Part shown: positions 51,924 to 64,000 of the stretch, piece by piece | Position numbering within the stretch: position 1 is the stretch's first letter | Layout of the letters: each line of letters begins with the position of its first letter | Source of the DNA: Macrostomum lignano | Taxonomy: Eukaryota | Direction: 5' to 3' | Length of the DNA stretch: 64,000 nucleotides | NCBI GenBank assembly: GCA_002269645.1 | Contig: NIVC01002166.1 | Location: forward strand, 42,744 to 106,743 | Notes under the pieces: generated by a model | Databases searched by the model: none | Seen by the model: only the letters and a program-made list of their open reading frames with translations | What the model was told of the DNA's origin: nothing | Program-made: the position numbers and the translations under genes

Positions 51924-53556
51924 GGAAGCGATTTCGGCATGAGAATCCTCAGCCTGCTCGACTCTTCCTCTCCTCGTCCTTCTTTGGACTTGCTGTCAGA
52001 TTGAGTTCTGACCCATTCGTCTATAAGACGAATCCCTGCCAGTCCGCGGTCTGCTACCGCCAAGTTATCCTTAGCTCCCCAAGTGAGCTCGCCTATCGGC
52101 CAGCGGTCTGATACCGCCCAGCATCATCAGCATCGCCTGATCTACATCAGCGCCTCGTCGCTCCAGCGCATCGCCGCTTCACTGTCTGCCTGACTGCAGC
52201 CTACAGCCACCCTCGGTCACTCCGCCTCTCTCTCTCTCTGTGCAGCTGCCGGTAAGTTCCTGCTACTAATTTGAGCTCTAATTGCCTCTGCTTATCCGGG
52301 GTTTGCCTATTTTCCATTGTCTGATTAGAGATCTGAGCCAATTGTGATACCGTATCTTTTGCTGTATTTTACTCAATAGTGAAGCCGCCTAATTGCCTGA
52401 TTATTCGCCTAAGGGCCTAATTATTAACTATTAACTAACTTCATCATTATTCAATCTTTCACCATCATTTAACTCATGGCTTGCTAAGCCTTTCTCCCGG
52501 GGTGGCAAAGCATAAGGGAGTTTGGGTAAGCTAATGGCCTCTCCCCGTGCAAAGCCCGCCTGTGTGAGTGCGTGCGGCGGGTTCGTGAGTGCGTGCAGTG
52601 GAGGGTGATTAGCGAGTCTTGGCACAGAATGGCAGTAGGAAGGTTGCAACCCCATGCTAACGCGTCCCTTCGCCCTGAGCAATCTAAACTATAGACAGTA
52701 CATGTTCGCCTCATACTACTCTTAGTAATCAAAGTCGCAAGTCAGCCTCGCTCACAGCCACAAAGGATCCCCTGCTGAGAAATCCTCCAGGATTGAGCCC
52801 AGAGTTCCCGATCATGCCTTAAGCAGAGTCCCTGTACTCGGCTGCATGCGTCTCCCCTGTTAGCCTAAATCCCCTGGTAACCAATCCAGGCGGGGCTCTA
52901 GCCTCGAGAGGTCTGGTAGAAAGATCCAGGTGCGCCAGGTCACATAGAGTGGTGGCAGCCACTCGGTCATACCATGACCGAGTGACCAACTATTGCACCT
53001 TGGCTACAGGTGGGGTCCATGTGGGTCCTTGGCCCTCTGGTCACGAAGCGCTACCAAAGCTACTAATCATGTGGGCGGGACAGTCTGGTGCTGGAGGTCC
53101 GTCAGGTCATTGCCCGGTCATAGGCAGCCTACGGTCATCGCCCCCTCTAGCCAAGCGTTCGTCTCTCTATAGGAGCGGACAGGCGACAAGGGCGGTTACA
53201 TCACATATTCTTATTAGATCGATCGAGGAATCAATAATATGAAAAAGTACTCATAAATCCTCACATGCACTGGTTCAGTGGTTTCTATGGTTTTGTGATA
53301 CGTTTCGATTATTTGCGCTTAAACTGACGAAAGATGCTTGGTAGGTGTAAAACTAAAACGTAAACGGCTGAAAAGTGGGGGATACAGAGTATTCCCGATT
53401 TACCCTTAGTATCTATGGCATAATGCATAAATAAATGCACAGAATGCATTCGTGTCTTACTAATTGACCCCGGCTTTGCTTTATAAAGCATGTCGCGCTA
53501 ATATATTTGTACATGTTGTTTATCAAAGCTGTAGGCTACATGTGCATGCATCAACA

Positions 53557-56041
53557 ATGACTTGCTCCGGTACGCATCCTGATTCCCTTCAAATCGCCCA
53601 GACAGCAGTGCCGTCGGGTAGCACCGGAGACGAAGCCAGCAGCTCCAAACGGGCAAACTGCAAAAGCGCGGTTATTCTAGCCCACCCGTTTCCTCTAGCT
53701 GACGTGGCGGATGCCTTTCGAGATAAGTACAGAGCGTACATTGGCTATACAATTGAAACTGCAGGACAGCGGGAGCTCACTACTCATATGAGCAAGAATG
53801 CAATTGAGTAAGCTTTATTTCACTCGTCTATTTCTATACATTTATTATTATCCTGCATTGAACAATACTGATAGCTTTCACAAATGAATACTGTTTGGAT
53901 TAGGGACAGGAGTGTGCTCAACCAGTAGTCTGCGCCTGATACCTGAACTGTTGTCATTGTTGCAGCAGATATAACTAGCCAACCATAATACTTCAAGTGA
54001 TCTCGTGCACATACTCCACAAACGAACCAGAAAGAATACGACCGCAATGTCTTCATCATATCACTGCAGTATGAAAAAGTCAATCGAGTGCCTCGGATTC
54101 AGGCGTCTGGACGAAGACATGGCCGAGTGTTTGCTAGCTGATGCCGATAAACTGTCTCTGACCGTTTTGACTTCTGGCGACGAGAATCCAGCCATCTGTA
54201 AGATATCCGTATGGGGTTTTTGATCAGTACAACACGGTTGATCTATTCGTAAAGTAAAAATCTTAATTTAGCACTAATAGCTTTTAAAACAAAAATATAT
54301 TGGATAGCAGAGTAGCATTAGTCATTCAAAATTATATTTTTCTTGAAGGCGGTAATTGATTTTGTAATCGTTTACTTTGTTCTATTAGTTCTTCTACCCG
54401 ACTTGGAAAGTAGAAATTAAACCATGTATTGAAAGCTTTTTGTAAAGCTGAGTGGAATAAACTAAAAAGCGAAATAAGCAGAACGCGATTGGTACAAATC
54501 GAATTACTTCTATAGCTGGTCCAAGCTTCCTGACAGCAAAGCTGAAGGCCGAGCCGCTCAGCGAAATTCTGGCCTGCGACTGGCAGCTTCACCAACACCT
54601 GCGACAGTTGGAGGAGAAATTGAGCCAAGCCAACATAAGCTTCCTTACTGATTCCGGAAGAGTTTATAATATTGAATACTTCCTTCCGTTGGCTGTCTGC
54701 ATGGCAGATGCCAAACATCTTGAGGAAACCCTCGGTGAGAATTTACGCAAATGAATTCATTGAATTAATGCGATTTTTGACAAATCTTGTCCGATAAATC
54801 ATTGCAGCATCTCGACCTGGCAAATATCTGATAAAATCATCCAGGTAAAGTTATATGCGGCAACTAGCAACAAAACTGAGAGTTAAATATGAGCATTGAC
54901 ACATGGCAGAGCTGCAGGGCCTTGGCGTGTAGGTTGCGCTGTTAGTACCATGCGAAACGCAGAGTCTGCATCCGTCTTCTTGCCAGTGCCTGCAGTGTCA
55001 TTAGCGACTTCTCCTGCACCGCTTGTGGGCTGTTAACTCTGACTCTGAGTTTTGTTGTGGACCTGTGCGGAAGCAGTTGCTTGAATAGTGTTCGCTCGTG
55101 TTCAATTTCATGACTGGCCTTTTAATTATCTCGTACACTTCAGTGCATTATTTCATTCATCATTTTCTAAATCTTTTTAAGCCGACAGTTTACTTTACAG
55201 CCAACTTAAAAATAACCTTCCCTCGATTGCCAGCAGAAGTTCGAAACCTCGCCAGCGACAGCTGATTAACGTCCAAAGCAGCAACTCCGCAAAGGCTATC
55301 CGCGACTGCCTTCTCAGCGGGACACCTTTGCAACAAGCGTCGCTACAGGCCTATATTGAGCAGCCACTGCTGGTTGACAAGCGCAAGTTCGACATCCGCA
55401 CCTTCTTAATGCTTGTCTGTCCAAAGCGGGGCGGAGCTGGTGGCCGAACAAACGATTCCGGCTACTTCGCCTTCCACCATCCGGGCTTCCTGCATCTTCG
55501 TCTCGAGCCATTCAACCCGCAATATCCGGAGCCTTCGCAAGACGGACCGAAATATCAGACGAGTCAGCAGCTCATGGAGGCTTGCACATGGTATCCGGAC
55601 GAGCTCAACGCTTACTTGAACAGAAAAAAAGGCTTCAGAATGCCCCCAGACTGGGTCAAAGTTAGGCTGTATCCACAAGCGAGAGCTGTTCTGGGCTACC
55701 TAGCTGGCTTGCTTCGATGGAACCTACATGATCGCGTCTCCGCAACCAGCAGCTTCCGCATCATCAGCGCCCACATGCTTCTGGACGAGAGCCTCAGACT
55801 GCACCTGCTGAAGTTGGACGATGATGCGCCAAATTGGAGCCGCCCAACCAGCGTGGTGGACTCCGTGCTGTCGAGCATTTGGCAGGAGGCTGTCTGTCTC
55901 GCATGCGAGATTGCCATCAGATTCAGAAGCGGCAGAACCATCAGCGATGATCACTTGGTAACCAGGCGGAACTTTCGCATGGTCTACAGCTCAGAGGATC
56001 TGTGTCTCGCCAGACAGAGCGTCACTTTGATGTACGACTGA
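53557..56041 (+). CDS. Divergent tubulin-tyrosine-ligase-like protein closest to TTLL10, probable pseudoenzyme; exons 53557-53807, 54070-54197, 54516-54734, 54808-54844, 55201-56041; 491 aa
   Basis: LQAYIEQPLLVDKRKFDIRTFLML, RVYNIEYFLP, YLIK, W..DELNAY...PPDWV match TTLL10 layout; four GT-AG introns with matching phases (total 1476 nt); AATAAA at ~56155 and ~56201. Confidence 0.85.
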
Positions 56042-56749
56042 TAGAGTTGCATTTCAAGTGTACTTGATAGTGAAATTTTCTCTTCCTTTTTAGTTTATCG
56101 GCCTTGTCTTAAAAATTGTACCATACTACTCGTTTTGCTAAGAGCAGGCATAGGAATAAATGCATGCATTTATTGTATCATTCTGTCTTTTTCAATCTAA
56201 ATAAAGCACTTAGCTGTTCGACTCTTTTCATAAGAGATCTGAATTATGATGATATTTAAATTCTTACGTCTGAAGACGTATGAAGCTCGCAAATTCGGGA
56301 AGTACTTTTAATGACTACGAGGGCCGGGCACGTAGGAAGGGGTTGGGAGAGCGATAACTGTCCAAGATTCTTTAAGCGATACTCTTGAGGATAGTAGCGT
56401 GTTCACGCTTGAAAAAGTCAAATGACTACTATGCGCAGGTGAACTATAGTGGGTAATCATAGGGCTAGAAGCAGTTGGGTGATTTTCCCACAAAGCCCAG
56501 CTTCTCATCTTTTTTGAAGGCTGATTACTTCAATTTGAAGGTGAACAATATTGAGGTTATTAGAGTTAGAGGTTATTACGAGTAACTCAAATTTAGTAAG
56601 ACAAGGAGCCTCCTCTCTGCGTCTATTACTTTATTGTAGTTTATTTAAAGACACATAATTGCTTCCACAATTGTTCCAGTAACGAGTTAATCAAGTCCTA
56701 TTTCAGCTTTATCATATCAGCCTAGCATAAGCTCTGCAGCTCGTATGCC

Positions 56750-57441
56750 TCATTCAGCCATCCAGATGTCGTCACTTACATGTATTTCGCCGCTCAAGGC
56801 GGTGGCAAAGCTGTTGAGGTGTCAGAGGCCGCTGCTGCCGTTGAAGCAATACGGGGACTTGACCAGACTCTTCGCCATGCGAGCTCAGCCCAGAGAGAGG
56901 TTGCAAATTCCGCAGCTGGGATGAGCGGATGGGCGGCGGAGGCGGTGACCTTGTGAAATCGACGGCCCTGGGAGCCTGCATGCAATGTGGGAAACGTATG
57001 GACAGAATACACTACATTTCACAGACGGAAAGTGAGTGAGAGTGAACATTCTCACAGATGGAATTTCTCTTGACTAAACCGTAAAAGCCGCATTTCCAGT
57101 GCAATAATCGTCTTTGCACTCCAGACCCTGTTGCTGAACCGCAGGAGCCGTAGCAGGAGCCACACTAATAGTAAAGGCCTGTCTGCACGCCTTCGTATCG
57201 AAAACCGCCGTACAGATCAAACATCGTGTCTCCTCTGGACAAGATCACCTGTCTATCGTAGTTAAATATAAACGGGCCGATCTGGTCGATGCCGGCAAGA
57301 CCCCGCAAGTCTCTGTTAGATTGGTCAATGAGGCAGCTGGCAAAGACTCTAATGGCCTTCGCTGCCCCAGCAACTCGCGGAGACTAGCAGAACGGCCACT
57401 GCAACAGCTGCCCAAGCAGCGAGGACTCTGATGTGGCTCAT
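56750..57441 (-). pseudogene. WSC+PAN secreted protein paralog 1, heavily decayed
   Basis: Signal peptide MSHIRVLAAWAAVAV; WSC remnants (RDLRGLAGIDQIG, YGGFRY); exon 2 GSQGRRFHK..AEF, CFNGSSGL*; several frameshifts, stops and deletions. Confidence 0.7.
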
Positions 57442-58111
57442 ATCTTTCAGTGTTAAACTTATTTGTTGACTGAATTGAACCATGTTATTTATTACATGCC
57501 TTTCCGCACAGGATGGATGTTAAGCAAAGGCAAAAAATACACTGGAAGGAAGCTGCGCAATGCACGGTCAAACATTCTAATTTGGCAACCATATAATACA
57601 GAGACAGAAACCTTTAAAACATTGATTATAAATGCAGTATGCAAATCCCTAACCCCTATCATCCCGTCTTTCAGAACTATTAGACCAAATATTGTCAATT
57701 CAATGGGTTAAGCAAGGCTGTTACTGTTTAGAGTCAGTTATATTAAATTCGAAAAAGCTATAAAAAATCCATCAGATCGATTCTACAAGTATTGCAACTA
57801 GACCGACCATATTTGGCTAGTCTAGGATTATTCTGGGATTTATTCTCACTTCTGTTAGAAAACAAAACCAACAAAAATACATTCTTTTTTTATTTTCACA
57901 GATTTAAAGGTCTGAATTGTGTTTGCAATTGTATTTGTCGTAAATAGCTGCAAAAGTCTCTCTCTTATTAGTATTTATTATTGCACTCGAATCTAATAGT
58001 TAGTATTTCATTTGTGCCTTCGTCACCGAGTTCATGCACTGATTCAAAAAGTTAGCCAGCATAGTCTTCAGTCAAATCAGGAACAAAAAACTTATCCTGG
58101 ACTTCAGGGCT

Positions 58112-58835
58112 TCAGCCGACGATCCAGACATCGCCAGTCTCCTTGTCGAATGCGGTGGCGAAGTTTCTGAGGCGGCAGAGGCCGCTGCTGCTGTTGAAGC
58201 AATAGGAGGAGGAGCTGGCAGACCGGGCGCAGGAGGCGGCGCAATCGATCCGACTCTGCGCCTTGACGTCCCAGCCCAGGGAGCCGGCGAATTCGGCAGT
58301 GGCGACCAGCTTTGGAGCGACAGAGGTGGCGAACTTGCGAAAGCGAGTATTTTGCAAAGCTGAAATAGAATTTTTAAGGGCATAGAGCTCACTTTTCTCT
58401 ATTGTAGCTTATTAGTAAAAATCTAACACTTCTCGACATACTCACTCGATGAGTACACATTTTCATAGATGGACTTTTGCAAACGACCTCCGCAAATCTG
58501 GCTAGCATTCCCGTAGCAATTCGTGTTTCACTCGGACTCTGGCGCTGGACCCCAGGAGCCGTAGCTGAAGTCGCACGAGCAGAAGCCGTAATCCTGCACC
58601 GCAGTGAATCGGAAACCACCGTAGGTGCAGATTTCACTGCACAGCTCCACCGTCATAGCAAGTCCAACCATCCGATACCTTCTCTGGAATACTTGACTCT
58701 GAATGAGGCAAATTCTGCGATGCCAGCAAGGCCCCCAATGTCTCTGTTTAGTGCGTCTTTGTCAACAAAGCAGCCAACATAGACGGGAGTGGCTTTGCGC
58801 TGTAGAACGGCAGCAGTGACAACAACTTTAAGCAT
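58112..58835 (-). pseudogene. WSC+PAN secreted protein paralog 2 (exons 58835-58446, 58359-58112), disrupted
   Basis: YVGCFVD..MTVELCSEICTYGGFRF..CSCDFSYG; frameshift near 58655 and TGA at 58530-58528 replacing a conserved Cys. Confidence 0.85.
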
Positions 58836-59815
58836 AGTCATTTGCGGCGACTGAGATGTGCTTAGCAGCTTGGCAGGACAAGTAATGTTGCTCACAAGTT
58901 CTTATAGATGTCAAATTCCATTGATAATAAGATCGCGTCTAAAACATCAATATTTATTGCTTTCATGGGCTAATGGGCTCGACCGGGAGACACAAAAAAT
59001 CTAATTGACGAAGTGAATAATGTTGATCAAGTTTATTTTGCATTGCCTTCTCCAAATAAAACTGACCCAGGAAGAATGAGAACTGGCTAATGGACTCGAG
59101 AAAAAAGTCGAGAAAGGAGTGGACGAGAGATAAAAAGTTAGGGTATTGGCTTGGTTGTGCAAGTTCTAGTTGTCCACGATGACATACCGAGATTAGAAGT
59201 TGCGAGATGGAACGATGAACGAACAAAGTCGGGGTAGTAGCCTCATCAAAACAAGCTGATAAGCACGGTAAATTGATCAGATTGACAAGCACTGCCCAGA
59301 ATGAGTAAACATAAGCTAAGCTAAGCTAAATTGATTTAGGGTAATCTGATGCGCGCTACCTTCAAGGTCAGCAACGTCATAAGTTGCTTTAGAGAGGGAA
59401 AGAGTAGAAGTATTGTTTTAACACTTCGTAATTAAGTTTCCAAAGACTCTCTGAGTCTGGAGTCTGGGGTGCTGCAACTGCAGATAGAGAGTGTTGAATG
59501 CCTCCAGTGCCAGCTCATGAATCAGAATCCATCAGTCAGCTTCCATGTATTTAGGTGAGAAGCTGATCAAACTGGATTCTCATGTTACTCCGCATCTTCT
59601 TTCATTTTTTCTTTACTTTGAAAATGCAACGATAGCCGTTTACCGTAGAATGAAAAAGAAGGAAAATAAAAAAATCTATAATAAGAACCAATTAAAACTT
59701 AACTTGCAAATGTCTTTGCTTTCTAACCAAAATTTATTTCAATTTCAAGTAGTTGGTCTGACAATTCCAAAAAACACAATGGGAAATCGAGTCATCGAAA
59801 TCGGGCTCCGAGGCT

Positions 59816-60675
59816 TCAGCCGACGATCCAGACATCGCCAGTCTCCTTGTCGAATGCGGTGGCAAAGTTGCTGAGGCGGCAGAGGCCGCTGCTGCTGTTG
59901 AAGCGATAGGAGGAGCAGCTGGCAGTCCGGGAGCAGGAGGCGGCGCAATCGATCCGGCTCTGCATCTTGACGTCCCAGCCCAGGGAGCCGGCGAATTCGG
60001 CAGTGGTGACCAGCTTTGGGGCGGCAGAGGCGGCGAACTTGCGGAAACGAAGTACCTGGGATCCTGAAATGTGTTTTTTGCATCCGAGCTTGTTGGCAAA
60101 TGTTTTTGGATAATCTCAGCTTTCTCGTGCTTTACGATCTTAAGCTGTACATTTGACCTGGTCGAGTCGAATTTTGAACTTTACTGATCCCGGATGCATG
60201 AACCAACTTTTGGCTTTTAGTAAACCAGATCGGAATCCGAAAAAATTGTGCTCACCCGAGAAGGTACTCTTGTAGATCGAAGCCCGCAGGAACTACCGCA
60301 CACCTGACCATGATTGCCAGAGCAAGGATTGCTGCACTCGGCTTCCGGAGCGGAACCCCAGGAGCCGTAGCTGGAGTCGCACATGCATTCATTACTATTC
60401 TGCACTGCGGCGTATTGAAAGCCACCGTAAATGCAGATTTCGCTGCACAGATCCACAGTCATGTCATGTCTGGACACGATGCCTTGGCTTGGGTGTAAGA
60501 CACTGTATATGCCAAGCTGGGCAACACCAACAAGTCCCAGCATGTCTCTTTCGGGTGGAAGTTTGTCAACGAAGCAGCCGACATAGACCGGAGTGGCCTT
60601 GCGCTGGCACAGCGACTCGCCGGCCAGCAGAGCGACAGCCAGAACATTCGCTAGCACGGAGAGTCTGCTCAACAT
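59816..60675 (-). pseudogene. WSC+PAN secreted protein paralog 3 (exons 60675-60256, 60063-59816); best preserved, single 1-nt frameshift
   Basis: Signal peptide, complete WSC (YVGCF..MTVDLCSEIC..QNSNECMC..ECSNPCSGNHGQVCG), PAN-like CAASC..C..F....LCRL; one base missing near 60287; could be an intact gene with an assembly error. Confidence 0.8.
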
Positions 60676-61309
60676 GGTTTGTAGAATAGGTGGGGGTGGT
60701 CGATTTTGCTGTCTGTGACTCTTTCTTGTATTGCCTAATGTAGCCTTGATGGCGCCTGTCAAACTGTTTCATGACTTTATAGATCAGCTCAGGCTAAGGC
60801 TTTCTGAAAGATTTCTTTCTTTATGCAGGAAGTTTGCCAGGCCGCATTGTCTGTGCGGTGGTCGCTGATGATTGATGCCGATGAGCTGAAACTGCGGAAG
60901 CAAACCGGATGGATTGAATGAGAGACAGAAGCTCACGGTTAAATTTGTCCGCTTAGTAAGAAGAAGGAAAAGCAAGTCGATAAAGCTGTCTTACAATCAT
61001 CGATTGAATAGCAGTAAAAAAGAATAGGACTAATTTGGGAAAAGATTTGAACCAATCGCCTGGGAAATCAAGCTCCTCGGACTCGCTATTAACAACAATT
61101 ACAATTTTTGGGCATATAGCAACAACATTCACGAGGCAGTGTATTTTAAGACATCATGATCAGCACATAACCACACGCTTTACCTCGTTCGAGATTCGGG
61201 AAGTTGCCAACACAACAGTATCAATAGCACAGACAATTGTCAATGCCATATGAATGAATTATAGATCCGAACTCACTTTATATTACTCTATAGGATTTTA
61301 AGGGTGGCT

Positions 61310-61545
61310 AGAATAGAGCACAGCGGACTAGAATTCAGTACAGGTGGCTAGAGTAGAGCACAGATGGCTAGAGTAGAGTACCGGTGGCTAGAGTAGAGCA
61401 CAGGTGGCTAGAGTAGAGAACAGGGGGCTAGAGTAGAGAACAGGGCTAGAGTAGAGAACAGGGGGCTAGAGTAGAGCACAGGTGGCTAGAGTAGAGCACA
61501 GGTGGCTAGAGTAGAGAACAGGGGGCTAGAGTAGAGCACAGAAAG
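61310..61545. repeat. Tandem array, ~20-bp unit (GGTGGCTAGAGTAGAGCACA)
   Basis: About 11 copies between WSC paralogs 3 and 4. Confidence 0.85.
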
Positions 61546-61641
61546 AAAACTCGTAGACAAGTTTTACTCATTAACTATGTCTGCAGTACTTGAACTGGTT
61601 TCAGATTCGTTTCTCGCCAAGCTAAAGCCAGTTGCCAAAGT

Positions 61642-62459
61642 TCAAGTTGCAATCCAGACGTCGCCGGTCTCATTCGCCAAAGCGACGGCGAAGTTGCTAA
61701 GGCGCAGAGGCCGCTGCTGCTGTTGAAGCGATAGGAAGAGCAGCTGGCAGTCCGGGCGCAGGAGGCTGCGCACTGCATCCGGCTCTGCGTCTTGACGTCC
61801 CAGCCCAGGGAGCCGGCGAATTCGGCAGTGGTGACCAGCGGAGGGGGCAGAGGCGGCGAGCTTGCTAAATTCACGGCCATGGAAGTCTGCAACAAATACA
61901 TAACCAGTTTTTCAAAATCAGTACAAGGGTTGTACTTTTACTTTTGCATCGGAAAAATTGCTTTAGTCGCCGCCACTTAGTCTTTTTGGGAATTTTTTGG
62001 GAAAAAGGATAAAAAATACTGGAATTTCCTCTCACTCGATGGGTACACATTCTCGTAGATTGAGTTCCTGTACGCTCCACCGCACATCTGCTTAACGTTC
62101 CCGAGGCAGTGCTGGTTACACTCAGTCTCTGGCGCGGGACCCCAGGAGCCGTAGCTGGAGTCGCACGAGCAGGTGGCATAATTCTGTAGGGCGGCGAACC
62201 GGAAGCCGCCGTGGGTACAAATTTTGCTGCACAGCTCAGCTGTCATGTCGGACCTGGACAGAATTCCCTGCGTGATGTAGGTGACGCTGAATGGGCCGAG
62301 CTGGGCGATGCCAACGAGGCCCTACATGTCTCTGTTTGGCGGAGCTTTGTCTCTGAAGCAGCCCGCGTAGACCGGAGTGACTTTGCGCTGGCACAGCGAC
62401 TTGGAGACCAGCAGAGCCACCACTACAGCAGCCGTTGCTGCAGAGAGTCTGGGACGCAT
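61642..62459 (-). pseudogene. WSC+PAN secreted protein paralog 4 (exons 62459-62036, 61886-61642), disrupted
   Basis: Signal peptide and WSC domain in frame but TAG at codon 46 (62324-62322); two frameshifts in exon 2 (~61840, ~61706) relative to paralog 3. Confidence 0.85.
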
Positions 62460-63289
62460 GGAATGCGGTTGTTGTCACTTGCGCGACCGTAAAATTTCAG
62501 GTCACTATCGCAGTAAAGAGGGTTTAGACTGTCTGAGTCTCTTGTTTTTCGGATTGAGTGGGATAAAGGCAGCACTTCATAGTTCGTTTTATACTTTTTT
62601 CCTGGCTTCTTTCGATGTTAAGAATAATAGACGGCAGCGGTGTGTTGTAGCCAGCAGTCAATAGAATCCCGTGTTTTAAACTAGTGGGTTCACGAGTAAC
62701 TTTATTGATTGATAGAATCGAATTCAATGCTGCTGATAGACATGCTAGAAACATGCCATGAGAATTATCTGCAGTCCTGGTATCATTTGGTATCTTTCCC
62801 AAGGGTATTCAGTGACAGAACAGGCAAAAATTCCACCCTAGAGGTTCAAATTTCTCCATTTTCCAGTAGATTTCGTGAAACAATACGTTGAAAAGTGCCA
62901 GCATTTCAGCAAAGTTCGTCTATCCTTCGAAAAAAATTGTCCACCTCCATCCTTCAGTCTGCCGCGACCGATTCTGATTGCATTCTGATTGGCATTGCAT
63001 GCTCTGCGAGAGTATTTCATGCACAGTTTGGTTAATTTCAAAGTGATTCCCTGAATAGTATCTGGTTAAAAATCTTGTCGATAAAATTTAGTCATACGAG
63101 TAACAAGCAATTTAATTTTTTGATAAAAAATCTCATTTAGGGAAGCAACCGTTGAATTCCATGGAGATTGGGTGTCTTACCACACACTAAACAGTAGAAA
63201 AATAGCTAAGCCAAAATAGCTAACTTCATAGTGAAGTTAGACATACCTGTCTGTCGCTGAAAATAAGGTGAGAGTCTCAAAGTCAGACT

Positions 63290-63772
63290 CGAAACATTAC
63301 TGAGAAGGCGCCACTCACACTACTGGAAAAACAATATTTTAAAAGTCGCTCGTAGTCATCGTTTAGAACAGCAGTTCGCAGCACAAAAGTCAAGAAACGT
63401 AACGAACAGGAACGGCACCAGCGTATCTAAGGATGTCTAGAAGGAGCCACAGAGGTATAGGAGGATCCGTCCGGTTTTTGTGCCGAGGTACATCGTCATG
63501 TTAGCGTAAATCAGCTAATGGGAGTACCTGACGGGAGTACGGCCTTTTCAAGGTGGGTGGACATCCAGTCTATGTCGCCGATGAAGGCACCCACTGTTAT
63601 TAATGCCCTTCGCAGAACCTTCGAATACATTGGATTACCGAGAAATCTACGAGTAGTTTTAGACAAAGATGGCACTTTTTTTCTGAAGAGTTCAAACATT
63701 GATTATACGCTTACTTCTTCAGGAAACCATCAGTTCAATGGTTCATCAGTTCAACCCAAGTTCTACTTATAA
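63290..63772 (+). mobile_element. Degenerate Ty3/Gypsy-type integrase remnant
   Basis: HSHYWKNNILKVARSH (zinc-binding region-like) then FSRWVDI..M..TVINALRRTFEYIGLP..VVLDKDG..F....IDY..TS..HQFNG, matching the rve core layout; broken. Confidence 0.7.
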
Positions 63773-64000
63773 ACAGCATCAAAACTATCCTTTGATTCTG
63801 CTACAAAATACCCTTTTAAGTTATTTATAAGCTCAAAACTTGTGCCGTCAATGGTAGGTTCAGTGTTCTTCTGTTCTATTCGTACATATTGCTTACATTT
63901 ATATCTAGCTCAGACGGCTAGCAACAAAGACAAAGACAAAAGAAGTAGAGAGTACTGTACACTACAAGTACTGTAAGTACTCTCAGTTACATTTACAATT

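Noticed and set aside
54332-54718. 128-aa minus-strand ORF that looks helical
   Set aside because: Antisense to TTLL10-like exon 3, which has matching splice phases and family homology on the plus strand

Overview
Eukaryotic genomic DNA, most likely a flatworm such as Macrostomum lignano. This is inferred from GC-rich exons, minisatellite-filled introns, a metazoan USP gene and a spliced-leader-like sequence; it is not proven. Spliced gene models I could build with consistent GT-AG phases: a 2-exon universal stress protein gene (+), a 2-exon orphan secreted 106-aa protein (+), a 5-exon ANKRD28/44/52 PP6 ankyrin subunit (-), a near-complete CC2D2A/MKS6 ortholog with no identifiable start exon and one frame break (-), and a 5-coding-exon TTLL10-like gene whose catalytic residues are replaced (+). 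There are also four tandem WSC+PAN secreted-protein paralogs, all with disrupted frames (-). About 24 different tandem arrays fill many introns and spacers. Mobile DNA includes two tRNA/CORE-type SINE copies, a Gypsy integrase remnant, a LINE 3' remnant and several TIR/foldback elements. The most unusual feature is a ~230-nt minus-strand element at 12205-11974. Its 5' end closely matches the Macrostomum spliced leader as I recall it, but it lacks the AUG|GU donor and has a hairpin-flanked Sm-like site, making it a candidate SL-derived snRNA. Most long ORFs in the track are tandem-repeat or antisense artefacts. Repeat boundaries are approximate.
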